From Isoptericola halotolerans (GTDB lineage: Bacteria > Actinomycetota > Actinomycetes > Actinomycetales > Cellulomonadaceae), in assembly GCF_013149785.1 (NCBI RefSeq), contig NZ_JABEZU010000002.1:62001-126000 (forward strand): DNA of 64,000 bases, given 5' to 3'. Made by a program: the position numbers and the translations under genes. The notes beneath the pieces are model-generated. The model was given only the letters and a program-made list of their open reading frames with translations, was not told the origin of the DNA and made no database searches. Below, one piece after another: positions 27,509 to 37,125 of this stretch. Each line of letters starts with the position of its first letter. The stretch's first letter is position 1.

Positions 27509-28288
27509 TCACGCGATGAGCGACTGCCCGCCGTCGACGAACACCTCGGTGCCGGTCACATGGCTCGCCGCGTCCGACACGAGGAAGGCGATGGCGTCCG
27601 CGACCTGCGCCGCGTCGCCCGACTCCTCACCGGTCAACGGAATCTGCCCCTCCGGGAACTCCGCCTCGACGCCCAGATCCTCGGTGCTCCGCTGCTCGGT
27701 GTTGTCGTCGATCTGCGTGTCGATCGCGCCTGGGCACACGGAGTTGACCCGCACACCGCGCGGTCCGAGCTCGACGGCCGCCATGCGTGCGAACGCCACC
27801 TGGCCCGCCTTGCTCGTCGCGTAGGCCGACGCGCCGGAGTTGCTGAACGTGCGGGTCCCGTTGATGGACGAGACCACGACGACGGCGCCGCCCTGGCGCA
27901 CGAGCAGCGGCACTGCGTACCGCACGGTGTGGAAGGTGCCGGTGAGGTTGGTGTCGATCGTGGCGGCCCACTCCTCGGGCTCCAGCTCCTCGAGCGGGGC
28001 CCAGACGCCGTTGACACCCGCGTTCGCGACGACGATGTCGAGCCGGCCGAGCTCCTGCTCGACCTGGGCGAGCACGTCGCGCACCATGGCGGCGTCCTCG
28101 ACGTTCGCTGCCACCGGCAAGGCCCTGCCGCCGTCGCGCCGGATCTCCTCGGCGACGTCGTCGGCGCTCTCCTGGCTGTGCCCGAGCGGCACCACCGTGG
28201 CGCCCTCCCGTGCCAGGCGCAGCGCCGTGGCTCGTCCGATGCCCGAACCTGCGCCCGTGACCAGTGCGACCTTGCCTTCGAGTGTCAT
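27509..28288 (-). CDS. SDR-family oxidoreductase
   Basis: TGAGSGIG, ANAG, YATSK, VDGG; GGAGG RBS. Confidence 0.92.
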   Translation of the reverse strand: MTLEGKVALVTGAGSGIGRATALRLAREGATVVPLGHSQESADDVAEEIRRDGGRALPVAANVEDAAMVRDVLAQVEQELGRLDIVVANAGVNGVWAPLEELEPEEWAATIDTNLTGTFHTVRYAVPLLVRQGGAVVVVSSINGTRTFSNSGASAYATSKAGQVAFARMAAVELGPRGVRVNSVCPGAIDTQIDDNTEQRSTEDLGVEAEFPEGQIPLTGEESGDAAQVADAIAFLVSDAASHVTGTEVFVDGGQSLIA

Positions 28289-28369
28289 CGCGCTCCCTCC
28301 GTGATCGACGCCATCGACGCTAACCACGACACCGGCACCTCGCGAGATCTGAGGAGCTCCGAGGTCCGT

Positions 28370-29146
28370 TCAGCGGACCGCCTGAAGCCTCGCGTCCGCG
28401 TCCCGCCGTCGTTCCTTGACCAGAAGGACGACGGCCACGACGACGCCTGCGATCGCGAGGAACGGGGCGGTGAGTCCGGCCCAGGGGAGGCTCGACGAGA
28501 ACGTCGAGAAGTCCCACAGGCCGTGGAGGAGCATCGCGGGGACCAGTGACCCCGTCGAGCGGAACGCCAGGTAGTACACGGATCCGAGCCCGAACTGGAT
28601 GACGACCTGGAGGAACGCCAGTGATCCGATGCCGAAGAAGAAGTTGGGCAGGTGCAGCAGCGAGAACAGGGTCGTGGAGAGGAACCAGACACCCATCTCG
28701 CCGAACCGGCTGCGCAGCGCGACGACGAGCTGGCCGCGCGCGACGACCTCCTCGTTGAACCCCACCAGGATGCTGCCGATCACGAGGAGGATCCACATCG
28801 TCATCGTCACCCTGGAGAACTCGCCGAACACCAGGTTGAGGATCGCGACCACGGCCATGATCACCGGGACGACGGCGCCGCTTCTCGGGAGCCGCTTGGT
28901 CTCGCGCAGAGACGGCCGCCACCACCCGAAGGCCGAGAGGCTGACGAGGATCACGACGAGGCCACCGCTGAGGGGCGCCACGTACCACTTCAGCAGCGTG
29001 TCTTCGCTCTCCCCGACGCGGGCGTAGTCGATGCCGTTGACCATCCAGATGGCGTAGAAGACCGCCAGGTAGGCGATGAAGACGGCGAGGCCCAGCCAGA
29101 CCCGAGGACGGACGCGCAAGGCTGTCGCGCCGGAGGTTGTGTGCAT
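28370..29146 (-). CDS. CPBP (CAAX/Abi) intramembrane metalloprotease (start 29146 or 29164)
   Basis: Multiple TM helices; EEVVARG, FSLLH, HGLWD motifs. Confidence 0.88.
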   Translation of the reverse strand: MHTTSGATALRVRPRVWLGLAVFIAYLAVFYAIWMVNGIDYARVGESEDTLLKWYVAPLSGGLVVILVSLSAFGWWRPSLRETKRLPRSGAVVPVIMAVVAILNLVFGEFSRVTMTMWILLVIGSILVGFNEEVVARGQLVVALRSRFGEMGVWFLSTTLFSLLHLPNFFFGIGSLAFLQVVIQFGLGSVYYLAFRSTGSLVPAMLLHGLWDFSTFSSSLPWAGLTAPFLAIAGVVVAVVLLVKERRRDADARLQAVR

Positions 29147-29195
29147 GGAGGCAGTCGAAACCATGTTCTCCGAACACGGTCAAGCCCGCCGCCGC

Positions 29196-29486
29196 TCAGG
29201 TCAGCCGACGGGTCAGGTGCACGGCGACGGTGTCACCCACGTCCTTGCCGAGCCGCTTGCGCAGCTTCGCGTTGAGGGACAGCATCAGCTCGCCGCGCCC
29301 GGTGGGCATGAGGCCGACGTTCTCGACGGGGACGTCGTCCACCGTGGCGTCGACACGGACCGAACGGCCCGTCCCCAGGAGCTCGGTCGCACCGGCGAGC
29401 TCGACGCAGGGCCACACCTCGCCCTTGACGTCGACGCCGATGGGCGCGGTGAACGTGTGGTCGAGGGTGGTGCTCTGGTCGGGCAT
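29196..29486 (-). CDS. DUF1905-like small protein
   Basis: VRVDATVDD...LMPTGRGELMLSLNAKLRKRLGKDVGDTV; AAGGAG RBS. Confidence 0.8.
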   Translation of the reverse strand: MPDQSTTLDHTFTAPIGVDVKGEVWPCVELAGATELLGTGRSVRVDATVDDVPVENVGLMPTGRGELMLSLNAKLRKRLGKDVGDTVAVHLTRRLT

Positions 29487-29636
29487 GAGACTCCTTCGAG
29501 GCGTTCGGCAGCTGAGGTGAGAGGGACTGTGCACAAGGCCCTGACTCATCGGTCCTCGCGGGATACGTTGAAACGACTGGTCGGTCCGGCGCGCCGCGCC
29601 CGGCGTCCGGCCGTCCCGAACGAAAGGAAGTCCTTC

Positions 29637-30014
29637 ATGGCATGTCGTCTCAGCGAGCTGGTGCTCGGATGCCGCGACCCCCGGCTCCTGGCCCGGTTCT
29701 GGTGCGACGTCCTCGACTACGTCGTCCTGGACGAGGAGGAGGACATGCTGGAGATCGGCCCTCGTGAGGGGTTCGGTGGCCCGCAGCCGACCATCATCCT
29801 CAGCCGCAGGGACGAGCCCGAACCGGGCAAGACGCGCCTGCACATCGACGTCAACCCGACCGACCGCGACCAGGACGCCGAGCTCGAACGCCTCCTGGCT
29901 CTCGGCGCCCGCCCGGCGGACATCGGCCAGACCGGCGAGGAGCACTGGCACGTCCTCGCCGACCCGGAGGACAACGTGTTCTGCCTGCTCAGGAGACGCC
30001 TCGACCCGCTCTGA
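29637..30014 (+). CDS. VOC/glyoxalase-like protein
   Basis: DPRLLARFW, KTRLHIDV, WHVLADPEDNVFC; GAAAGGAAG RBS. Confidence 0.88.
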   Translation: MACRLSELVLGCRDPRLLARFWCDVLDYVVLDEEEDMLEIGPREGFGGPQPTIILSRRDEPEPGKTRLHIDVNPTDRDQDAELERLLALGARPADIGQTGEEHWHVLADPEDNVFCLLRRRLDPL

Positions 30015-30046
30015 CAGGGGACAGGCGCCGAGCACAGCTCACCGCA

Positions 30047-31555
30047 TCAGGAAGCGCGCTGGGTGTAGAGGTCTTCGAGAGTCACGAGGTGCACATCCTC
30101 GCGGCCGGCCGCTTCGGAGGTCAGCGACTCGTCGAATCCCGTCCGGCTGAACAGTGCGAGCTGGGCTCGTCCGACGTCGCGGCCGGAGTTCTGAAGGACC
30201 TGGCGGATGTGCTCGAGGCGGTTCAGGTCGGCCTGGGTGCGCTGCTTGTTGGTCGACTTCGCCTCGCCGAGAACGACGATCGGTGCCTTCTCGTCGTGCC
30301 GCCGTCGGCCGCGAGCGAGTGCGACGACGTCGAGCTCGTGCTGGGTGCGTCCCCTGGCGTCGTTGATGACGGCGGGCCCGACCTCGCCGACGGGCTGACC
30401 CCACCGGCCGCCGGAGAACCGTGCGGTCCAGACGCGGGCGAGGTGTTCGAAGTGTGGTCCGAGCACGTGCGTCGAGTAGCTGTCGGATGCCGCGCGCCAG
30501 GCGGCGGACACGTCGCGCTCCTCGAGCAGCGCCCGGTACGGGTCGATGACGACCTGGGCGAACCGGATGATCGGGTCGGCCAGGTAGTAGAGGGGTCGTT
30601 TGCGGGTGAGCACGTCCTCCACGCGCAACAGGAAGCCGGTGGCTTCGAGGACGCCGAGGGAGTGCTTGAGCGCGTTGTACTCGCGCCCGACCGCGGACCC
30701 GATCGCTGTGGGGGAGTGGTGCCCGGCGGCGACGGTCTGCAGCACGCTGTTGTAGACGGCCTTGTCGAGGTTGCGTGGGTCCTCGCGGAGCAGGAACGAC
30801 TTCTCGTTGAACAGGGCGCTGGCCGGGTTCAGGACCTGGCCGGCGAGCCATCTCTCGAGCCCGTCGGTCGTGGCCGGCGGGGGTGCGGTGACGAGCTGCT
30901 TGTACCCGGGCGTTCCGCCGAGGATCGCGTCGACGTGGAAAGCGACGTGGGGGTCGTCGATGTCCCAGAACTGGCGGGAGAGCTGGTAGTCGAACGGAGA
31001 CATCGCCAGCTCGAGCTGGGCACGGCCACGGAGCGGCTTGCTGCCGGCGAGCAGCTCGCGCATGACCGACAGCGATGACCCGCACAGGATGACGGTGGTG
31101 GGTGGGGTGTCCGGGTCGTTCTGCGCCTCGTCGTACAACAGCTGAAGCGCCGACGGGATCTCGGGAGAGTGAGCGAGGAGGTAGGGCAGCTCGTCGATGA
31201 CGAGCAGGCGAGCCCCGTGCCGCCGTCGTCCCGCACGTGTGCTGCGCCGCATGCCGAGCGCGACGCGGAGCGCGGCTTCCCAGTCCTCGAACCTCAGGCT
31301 GTCCGGGTCGAGGTCGAGGTGGTCGGCGATGTCGAGGGCGAACTGGTCCAGGGCAGGGCGCCGCTCGAGCTCGCGCGCTTGGTGGTAGAGCCCGTCAACG
31401 GCGTGGGCGAGGCGGCGCAGCACGTAGCTCTTGCCGTGCCGGCGCCGGCCCGACACGACGGCGACCCGGATGCCTGGGGCGGCCATCGTGACCAAGTTGG
31501 TCAGGTCGCTCCACTCGATCGTCCGGTCGAACAGGTCGGCAGGGCGTGTGACCAC
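30047..31555 (-). CDS. COG1672-type (archaeal-like) ATPase with wHTH and C-terminal DUF234/PD-(D/E)xK-like domain
   Basis: Walker A GRRRHGKS, Walker B LLVIDE, ILCGSS, GGTPGY, C-terminal ELDVVA...LGEAK. Confidence 0.85.
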   Translation of the reverse strand: MVTRPADLFDRTIEWSDLTNLVTMAAPGIRVAVVSGRRRHGKSYVLRRLAHAVDGLYHQARELERRPALDQFALDIADHLDLDPDSLRFEDWEAALRVALGMRRSTRAGRRRHGARLLVIDELPYLLAHSPEIPSALQLLYDEAQNDPDTPPTTVILCGSSLSVMRELLAGSKPLRGRAQLELAMSPFDYQLSRQFWDIDDPHVAFHVDAILGGTPGYKQLVTAPPPATTDGLERWLAGQVLNPASALFNEKSFLLREDPRNLDKAVYNSVLQTVAAGHHSPTAIGSAVGREYNALKHSLGVLEATGFLLRVEDVLTRKRPLYYLADPIIRFAQVVIDPYRALLEERDVSAAWRAASDSYSTHVLGPHFEHLARVWTARFSGGRWGQPVGEVGPAVINDARGRTQHELDVVALARGRRRHDEKAPIVVLGEAKSTNKQRTQADLNRLEHIRQVLQNSGRDVGRAQLALFSRTGFDESLTSEAAGREDVHLVTLEDLYTQRAS

Positions 31556-31613
31556 CGTCGTTTCCTCCGCTCCTCGAACCGAGCAATAGTAACGAGGTTT
31601 ACGGTAATCGAAT

Positions 31614-32933
31614 TTACTGTTGTTGGGAAGTGCTGGCTCCCAGGATGCGGGCGTTCACCCGCGCCTGCCAGTCCCGCTGCTCCCACATCGGGTGGTGCGG
31701 CGCCGCGTTCGAGCAGAGCACCACGCCCCACACGCCGTGCGCCAGCGCGGTGTCGATCCCGTGCTCGGCGAGCGCCCGGCCGATGCTGCCCTCCTCGAAC
31801 GTGCCGTGCAGGGGCGTGTACCCCACCCAGCCCTCACCGACGACGGCGGGGACGTCCCGCCAGCGCGCCCACCGGGCGATCGCGATCGTGCGGGACTCGA
31901 TCTCGCGCAGCATCACCGCCTCGTAGGCCGGGTAGTGCTCCTCCAGCCAGGTGTCCCAGGCCGACGGGTCGATCCAGTCGTAGCCGTAGATCATCTGGTC
32001 GGTGACGACGGTGGCGCGGTACTTCCACGCTGCGGCGCGCCCGTAGTCGGCGACGGCGGGGGCGTCGCCGCGCAGCATCCGTGCCAGCTCCGCGTTGGGG
32101 AAGTCCGCGCTGCCCTCGGACCGGATGTCGAGCACCTGCTGCAGGGCGTCCAGCACCCCGTAGCTGTACACGTGGAACTGGGCCGCGCCGAGCCCGTCCG
32201 GCACCTGGTGCATCGCCAGGTGCGGCGGCTTGCCGTAGCTCGCGGTGATCAGCAGGTCCGGGTGGCGCTCGCGGAGTCCCCGCAGGGCCGGGACGCCCTG
32301 GTCGAGCGCCGGCAGGATCGAGAAGTCGACCTCGTTGTGCAGCTCGACGAGGGCGATCTGCTCACGGAACCCGTGCGTGGTGAGCCAGCCGATCATGCGG
32401 TCCCACGCACCGGCGAGCACCGCGTACCGCTGGTCCAGCGGTACCGCGTCGATCGCGTCGAACCAGGCCGGCGACGCGGCGAACGCCGGCGACTGCTGGT
32501 ACTCCCAGCTCGCCAGCACGATGACGATGCCGTGCCGCCGGGCCACCTCGAACAGGGCGAGCAGACGCCCGCGCAGGTCGAGCGTGTACCCGCCCGGTGC
32601 GTCGTACCAGCGGGTGCGGCGCCCGAAGTACCCGCCGTCGGGGGACGCACCGAGGCCTTCGATCTCGAGGGCGCGGGCGTGGTCGTCCAGGCCGAGCTGC
32701 CCGCAGAGCAGCAGGGGCGCGGCACAGATCCGGATCGCGTTGTACCCGAGCGCCGCGGCGTCGGCGACGACGGCGTCCAGGTCCTCGTAGGGGTCGCCGG
32801 GCCCGGCCTGGGTGTACCAGGAGAAGTCCCACAGGGTGATGGTGAGCCGCTGCGGCAGGTGCGCGGGCACGGGCCCGGTGAGGCTGCTCTCGTCCTCGCT
32901 GAGGTGGCCGGAGCCCAGGTAGCGCTCGGTCAT
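31614..32933 (-). CDS. Cellulase-like (PF12876-type) putative GH-A glycoside hydrolase
   Basis: LTITLWDFSWY, GYNAIRICA, ELHNEVD (acid/base-like), VVGEGWVG (nucleophile-like); ATGA overlap with the DUF5107 gene. Confidence 0.75.
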   Translation of the reverse strand: MTERYLGSGHLSEDESSLTGPVPAHLPQRLTITLWDFSWYTQAGPGDPYEDLDAVVADAAALGYNAIRICAAPLLLCGQLGLDDHARALEIEGLGASPDGGYFGRRTRWYDAPGGYTLDLRGRLLALFEVARRHGIVIVLASWEYQQSPAFAASPAWFDAIDAVPLDQRYAVLAGAWDRMIGWLTTHGFREQIALVELHNEVDFSILPALDQGVPALRGLRERHPDLLITASYGKPPHLAMHQVPDGLGAAQFHVYSYGVLDALQQVLDIRSEGSADFPNAELARMLRGDAPAVADYGRAAAWKYRATVVTDQMIYGYDWIDPSAWDTWLEEHYPAYEAVMLREIESRTIAIARWARWRDVPAVVGEGWVGYTPLHGTFEEGSIGRALAEHGIDTALAHGVWGVVLCSNAAPHHPMWEQRDWQARVNARILGASTSQQQ

Positions 32934-35900
32934 GGTCGGATCCTCTCGGTGAGCGTGCGTCCGGTGGCCGCCAGCCGCCGGAGGGTCGTGGCAGTGCGCG
33001 TCCGGGCGGCGCCGGTCCCGGTGTCGAACAGGTCCAGCTCGGGCAGCGACGTCGCGAAGTAGTCGACGTCGTCGGCGGCCTCGACGAGGGCGGCCGCCCG
33101 GTCCTCGAGCTCCCGCCACACGGCGTCGGCCGCCCCCCGGTCGCCCAGGCGTGCGTGGGCCACCCCGGTCCAGTACGTCTGCTCGTCGGCGGGGCGAGGC
33201 TCGACGGCGAGAGGCGTCGTCGCGCGGGCCTGCTCCCAGGCCGAACGGGCGCCGTCGTCGTCCCCAGCGGCGGCACGGCAGTCGCCGAGCACCACCCAGC
33301 GCTCCACCGGCGGTTGCGCGGGGTGGCGTCCCTCGCCCAGGGTGCCCGGGGGCGTGAGCCCGGCCTCCAGGAACGACGCCGCCCCGGCCGGGTCGGAGCC
33401 GACCATGCCGCGGGCCCGTGCGCAGGACGCACGGTCGAACGCCGCGATCGCCCGCCCCTCACCGCCCTCGAAGGGCCGGAACGTGCGGGTCGTGAGGATC
33501 GTCCAGGCCGTGTCCACGTCGCCGACGTCGAGCAGGAGCTCGACGTGCCGCAGCGCGAGGTCGTCCCGGTCGCCGAGCAGCTCGCCGTGGGCGCGCAGCA
33601 GGTCGAGGCGGTCGGCGGGGTCGAGCCCGCGGCGCTCCGCGAGCACGTCACGCTCCAGGACGAGGCGCGCGTCCTCGCGCAGCGACAGAGCCTGGTGCAG
33701 GGCCTGGTCGGCGAGGTCCTCGTCGTCGTCGACCGTGACGGCCGCGATCGCGAGGTTGCGCCACACGACGGGGTCGGTCGACCCACAGGCGGTCGCGTGC
33801 CGCAGGTGGTGCAGCGCCTCGGCGCCGCGCCCGGCGTCGAGCAGCCACATGCCCAGCAGGCCCGCGGCGACGTCGTCGTCCGGGTCGGCGGCGAGCGCCG
33901 CGTCGAGCGCGTCCCGCTGGTCGAGCCCGGCGGGGAACGCGAGCGCCACCTCCGCCGTTCGGGCCCGCCCGCGCTCCTCGGTGGCCTGTGCGGCGCGTCC
34001 TGCGCGGTCGAGCCAGTGGGCGCGCAGGTAGTGCCGGATCGGTCCGGCGAGCCCGCGTGCCGGGACGGCGGCGACGTCGTCGGCGGTGGCGCCGAGCGCG
34101 GCGTCGTACGCCCCGGCACGGGCCAGCTCGGCACCGACGTCGAGCGGGGTCCGGGCGTCACCGAAAGTGTGCTGCCCGAGCAGGACGGCGGTGGCCGGGT
34201 CGAGCGGGTCGGCGGCGTGCTCGCGCTCCAACAGAGCGCGGGCCTTGTCGACGTCGCCGAGCGCACGCAGCGCGAGGGCCGCGACGCGACGCGCCTCCGG
34301 GATCGTGCCGGCCTCGTCCGCCAGCCGGCGGGCGGCCTCGGCGTCGCCGCGTCGCAGCGCGAGGCGTGCGCGGGCGAGCCGTGCGGGAGCGGCCCAGGCG
34401 GCGTTCCAGGCCGCTCGGCCGAAGGCGCGGTCGGCGGCGTCGTCGTCCCCGAGGCGCTCGCACACCAGACCCAGCAGGTACGCCGTCTCGCCGTCGCGCG
34501 GGTTGAGGTTGCGGCGCGTGAGACGCGCCTGGGCGGTCTCGAGCGCGGTGCGGGCCGCCGCATACTCACCGCGGACGAGGTGCCACGACCCGAGCGCGGT
34601 CGCGGCGCGGGAGTCCGCCGGGTCGCGGCGCAGCGCCTCACGCAGGTAGGGCAGCGGCGAACGGGTGGGGTGGCGGTACTGGTGGAGGTGGACGGCCGTG
34701 AGGTACAGCTCGTCGTTCGACGAGATCTGGGTGGGAGCGTCGGGCGCGGTCGCGACCCACGGTTCCTCGGGCGCCGCGACGGCGGTCCAGGCGACCAGGA
34801 CGCGACCGGCGGCGAGGACCTCCACCCGCTCGACGTCGTCGGACTCCACGGTCCTGACGACGGGGCGGTCGGGGGCCAGGTCGGTGGTCCACTCACCGAC
34901 GACGCCGTCGCGGCCGTGGGCCCGCACCGTCGCGGCCGGGTGCGCGCGGGTCGCCAGGACCCCGACCTGCACGCCCCCGTCGCGCGCCGCGACCGACACG
35001 GCGGCCTCCGTGCTCGCCTGCCGGGCCGGGCCGATGCGATGGATGGGGAACCAGTACTGGCTGAAGGTCTTGGTCTCGCCGGGCAGCAGCCAGGCGAAGT
35101 CGGGCTGGTTGTCGGTGTAGACGCCGGCCATCAGCTCGACGTACGGGCCGTCGGTGTCGGTGAGCTGGTCGTCCCAGGCGTGCCCGAGGGGTCCGTCGCC
35201 CCAGGTCCACTGCTTCTTGCCGGGAGAGACCGACCGGTCGGCCCAGTGGACGAACCCGGCCTCGGCGCGGTGGTCGTACCCGCCGAAGAACTCCTGCTCG
35301 GTGTCCGTGACCATGTACGACGTGGGCACGGGGATGTTCGAGTACAGGTCGATGCGGTCCGCGTCGGGCCGCTCGGCGGCCAGCGCCGGGTAGTCCACCC
35401 CGTAGTACGGGCGGTCCGCGCGAGGGAACGCGGTGACCGCTCGCCGCGCGTGGTCGGCGACCATGGTGACGTCGTCGGGGAAGAACGACTGGTACTCCTC
35501 GTGCGCCCGTGCTGCCACGTTCGCCCACCACAGGAACGTCTGCGGCAGGTCGGTCCGGTTGTGCAGCACCACCTCCGCCTCGATGACGGAGCTGCCCGGG
35601 CGCAGCCGGACCCCGTGGGTGCCCCGCATGCGCTGGAGGGGATCGAGGTCGCTGTGCCAGACGACGACGGCGCCGTCGGGCTCGCGCTCGATGCGGGAGT
35701 CCACGGGCAGGAACGTGCCCGGACGATGGTGCTGCGGCCAGTTGAACTCCACGCCGCCGGAGATCCAGGGACCGGCGAGCCCGACGAGCGCCGGCTTGAT
35801 GACGTTGTTGCGGTAGAAGAAGTCGTACCCGGCGACCTTGTCGTGGCCGATGTGGATCCGGCCGCCGAGCTCGGGCAGGAGCATCAGGCGGACGGAGGCG

Positions 35901-36166
35901 TTCTCGAGATGGACGGCCTGCCAGCGCTGCGGTGCCTTGGTCGCCGCGACGCTGTCGACCATCGGCAGCGGGTAGACCTTGCCGCTCGACCCCTGGTACA
36001 CGCGGCGGTCCAGGAAGAGCGGGTACTCGTCGGGGTCGCCCGGGAGGTAGGTGTCGATCTCGACCGGTTCGCTCCAGCAGGCGACACCGCCGGCTGCGAG
36101 GAGGTCTGCCTGGTCGGCGGGGGCACTCGGGAGCAGGATGCGGCTCGCGGCGTCGGCTGTCGTCAC
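32930..36166 (-). CDS. DUF5107 domain plus TPR-repeat protein
   Basis: RVYQGSSGKVYP, LPELGGRI, YRNNVIKPALVGLAGPWISGGVEFNWPQHHRP, PGKKQWTWG; helical repeat C-terminus. Confidence 0.85.
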   Translation of the reverse strand: MTTADAASRILLPSAPADQADLLAAGGVACWSEPVEIDTYLPGDPDEYPLFLDRRVYQGSSGKVYPLPMVDSVAATKAPQRWQAVHLENASVRLMLLPELGGRIHIGHDKVAGYDFFYRNNVIKPALVGLAGPWISGGVEFNWPQHHRPGTFLPVDSRIEREPDGAVVVWHSDLDPLQRMRGTHGVRLRPGSSVIEAEVVLHNRTDLPQTFLWWANVAARAHEEYQSFFPDDVTMVADHARRAVTAFPRADRPYYGVDYPALAAERPDADRIDLYSNIPVPTSYMVTDTEQEFFGGYDHRAEAGFVHWADRSVSPGKKQWTWGDGPLGHAWDDQLTDTDGPYVELMAGVYTDNQPDFAWLLPGETKTFSQYWFPIHRIGPARQASTEAAVSVAARDGGVQVGVLATRAHPAATVRAHGRDGVVGEWTTDLAPDRPVVRTVESDDVERVEVLAAGRVLVAWTAVAAPEEPWVATAPDAPTQISSNDELYLTAVHLHQYRHPTRSPLPYLREALRRDPADSRAATALGSWHLVRGEYAAARTALETAQARLTRRNLNPRDGETAYLLGLVCERLGDDDAADRAFGRAAWNAAWAAPARLARARLALRRGDAEAARRLADEAGTIPEARRVAALALRALGDVDKARALLEREHAADPLDPATAVLLGQHTFGDARTPLDVGAELARAGAYDAALGATADDVAAVPARGLAGPIRHYLRAHWLDRAGRAAQATEERGRARTAEVALAFPAGLDQRDALDAALAADPDDDVAAGLLGMWLLDAGRGAEALHHLRHATACGSTDPVVWRNLAIAAVTVDDDEDLADQALHQALSLREDARLVLERDVLAERRGLDPADRLDLLRAHGELLGDRDDLALRHVELLLDVGDVDTAWTILTTRTFRPFEGGEGRAIAAFDRASCARARGMVGSDPAGAASFLEAGLTPPGTLGEGRHPAQPPVERWVVLGDCRAAAGDDDGARSAWEQARATTPLAVEPRPADEQTYWTGVAHARLGDRGAADAVWRELEDRAAALVEAADDVDYFATSLPELDLFDTGTGAARTRTATTLRRLAATGRTLTERIRP

Positions 36167-36172
36167 CCGACG

Positions 36173-36235
36173 AACGTACGGCGTCGGACGGCGTGGGAAC
36201 CATGGCGGATCACCCGCAGTCCCTGGATGATCCGC
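36173..36235 (-). promoter_or_regulatory. Leaderless promoter with tandem AraC-type half-sites
   Basis: TACGTT -10 (36178-36173); + strand CATGG (36201) and CCTGGATGATCCGC (36222), 21 bp apart; same geometry at 40345-40407. Confidence 0.65.
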
Positions 36236-36261
36236 CGATCCCGCCGTGACATCATGCCGGG

Positions 36262-37125
36262 ATGGAGAAGGCGGACGGCTTCGAGCACCAGCGACTCGGC
36301 GTGGTTCCTCGACCGCTCGTGGCCGCGGCGTCTTCTCGCCCGGGGACGCGCCGGATGCTGGTGACGGACGCCGGATGCTTCCCCCGGGCCCAGGACCATG
36401 CCCGACGGCGGCCCCAAGGGATCGCCGAGACCATCGTCATCGTGTGCGTGGCGGGCAGCGGGTGGGTCGAGTCCGGCGGGACCCGGACGCGCGTCGGGAC
36501 GTCGACGGCGATCGTGCTGCCGGGCGGCGCCCCGCACGCCTACGGTGCGTCCGCCGACGATCCCTGGACGATCTGGTGGTGCCACGTCCGGGGCACGGAC
36601 GTGCCGGAGCTGGTCGACGCGATCGGCGCTCGCCCCGATGCGCCCACCGTCACCCTGCGCGAGGTCGAGACCGTCACCGCCCTGCTCGACGAGATCGCGG
36701 TGACCCTCGCCCGCGACACCACCCCGGCGCGGCTGCTCGCCACCGCGGGCATCGCCTGGCGCCTGCTCACCCAGCTCGCCGTCGACCGGACCCTCGCCGA
36801 GCCGGGGACGCCGCTGCAGCGGGCGATGCGCTACCTCGAGGAGCGCGTCGACGGGCGCATCCAGGTGCCGGAGCTCGCGGCCATGGTGGGCATCTCTCCC
36901 TCCCACCTGGCCGCCCTGTTCCGCGAGGCCACCGGCGGCGGGGTGCTCGCGCACCACACGGCGCTCAAGATGGCACGCGCCCGGGCCCTGCTGGACACCA
37001 CCGACCTGCCCGTCGCGGACGTCGGCCGGCAGGTCGGCATGGACGACCCGTTCTACTTCTCGCGACAGTTCCGCAGGACGCACGGCGTGAGCCCGCGCGG
37101 CTACCGGGAGACCCGCAAGGGGTGA
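36262..37125 (+). CDS. AraC-family transcriptional regulator
   Basis: Cupin N-terminus (PHAYGAS..DPWTIWWCH); double HTH (LAAMVGISPSHL..F; DPFYFSRQFRR..GVSP). Confidence 0.94.
   Translation: MEKADGFEHQRLGVVPRPLVAAASSRPGTRRMLVTDAGCFPRAQDHARRRPQGIAETIVIVCVAGSGWVESGGTRTRVGTSTAIVLPGGAPHAYGASADDPWTIWWCHVRGTDVPELVDAIGARPDAPTVTLREVETVTALLDEIAVTLARDTTPARLLATAGIAWRLLTQLAVDRTLAEPGTPLQRAMRYLEERVDGRIQVPELAAMVGISPSHLAALFREATGGGVLAHHTALKMARARALLDTTDLPVADVGRQVGMDDPFYFSRQFRRTHGVSPRGYRETRKG

Noticed and set aside
28370..29164. CPBP 'Abi' protein as an abortive-infection system
   Set aside because: The Abi name for this family is historical; no defence or bacteriocin context adjacent
26590..31620. Intact integrative element at tRNA-Ser
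   Set aside because: No integrase and no duplicated tRNA 3' end found by eye; most genes have host-like codon usage
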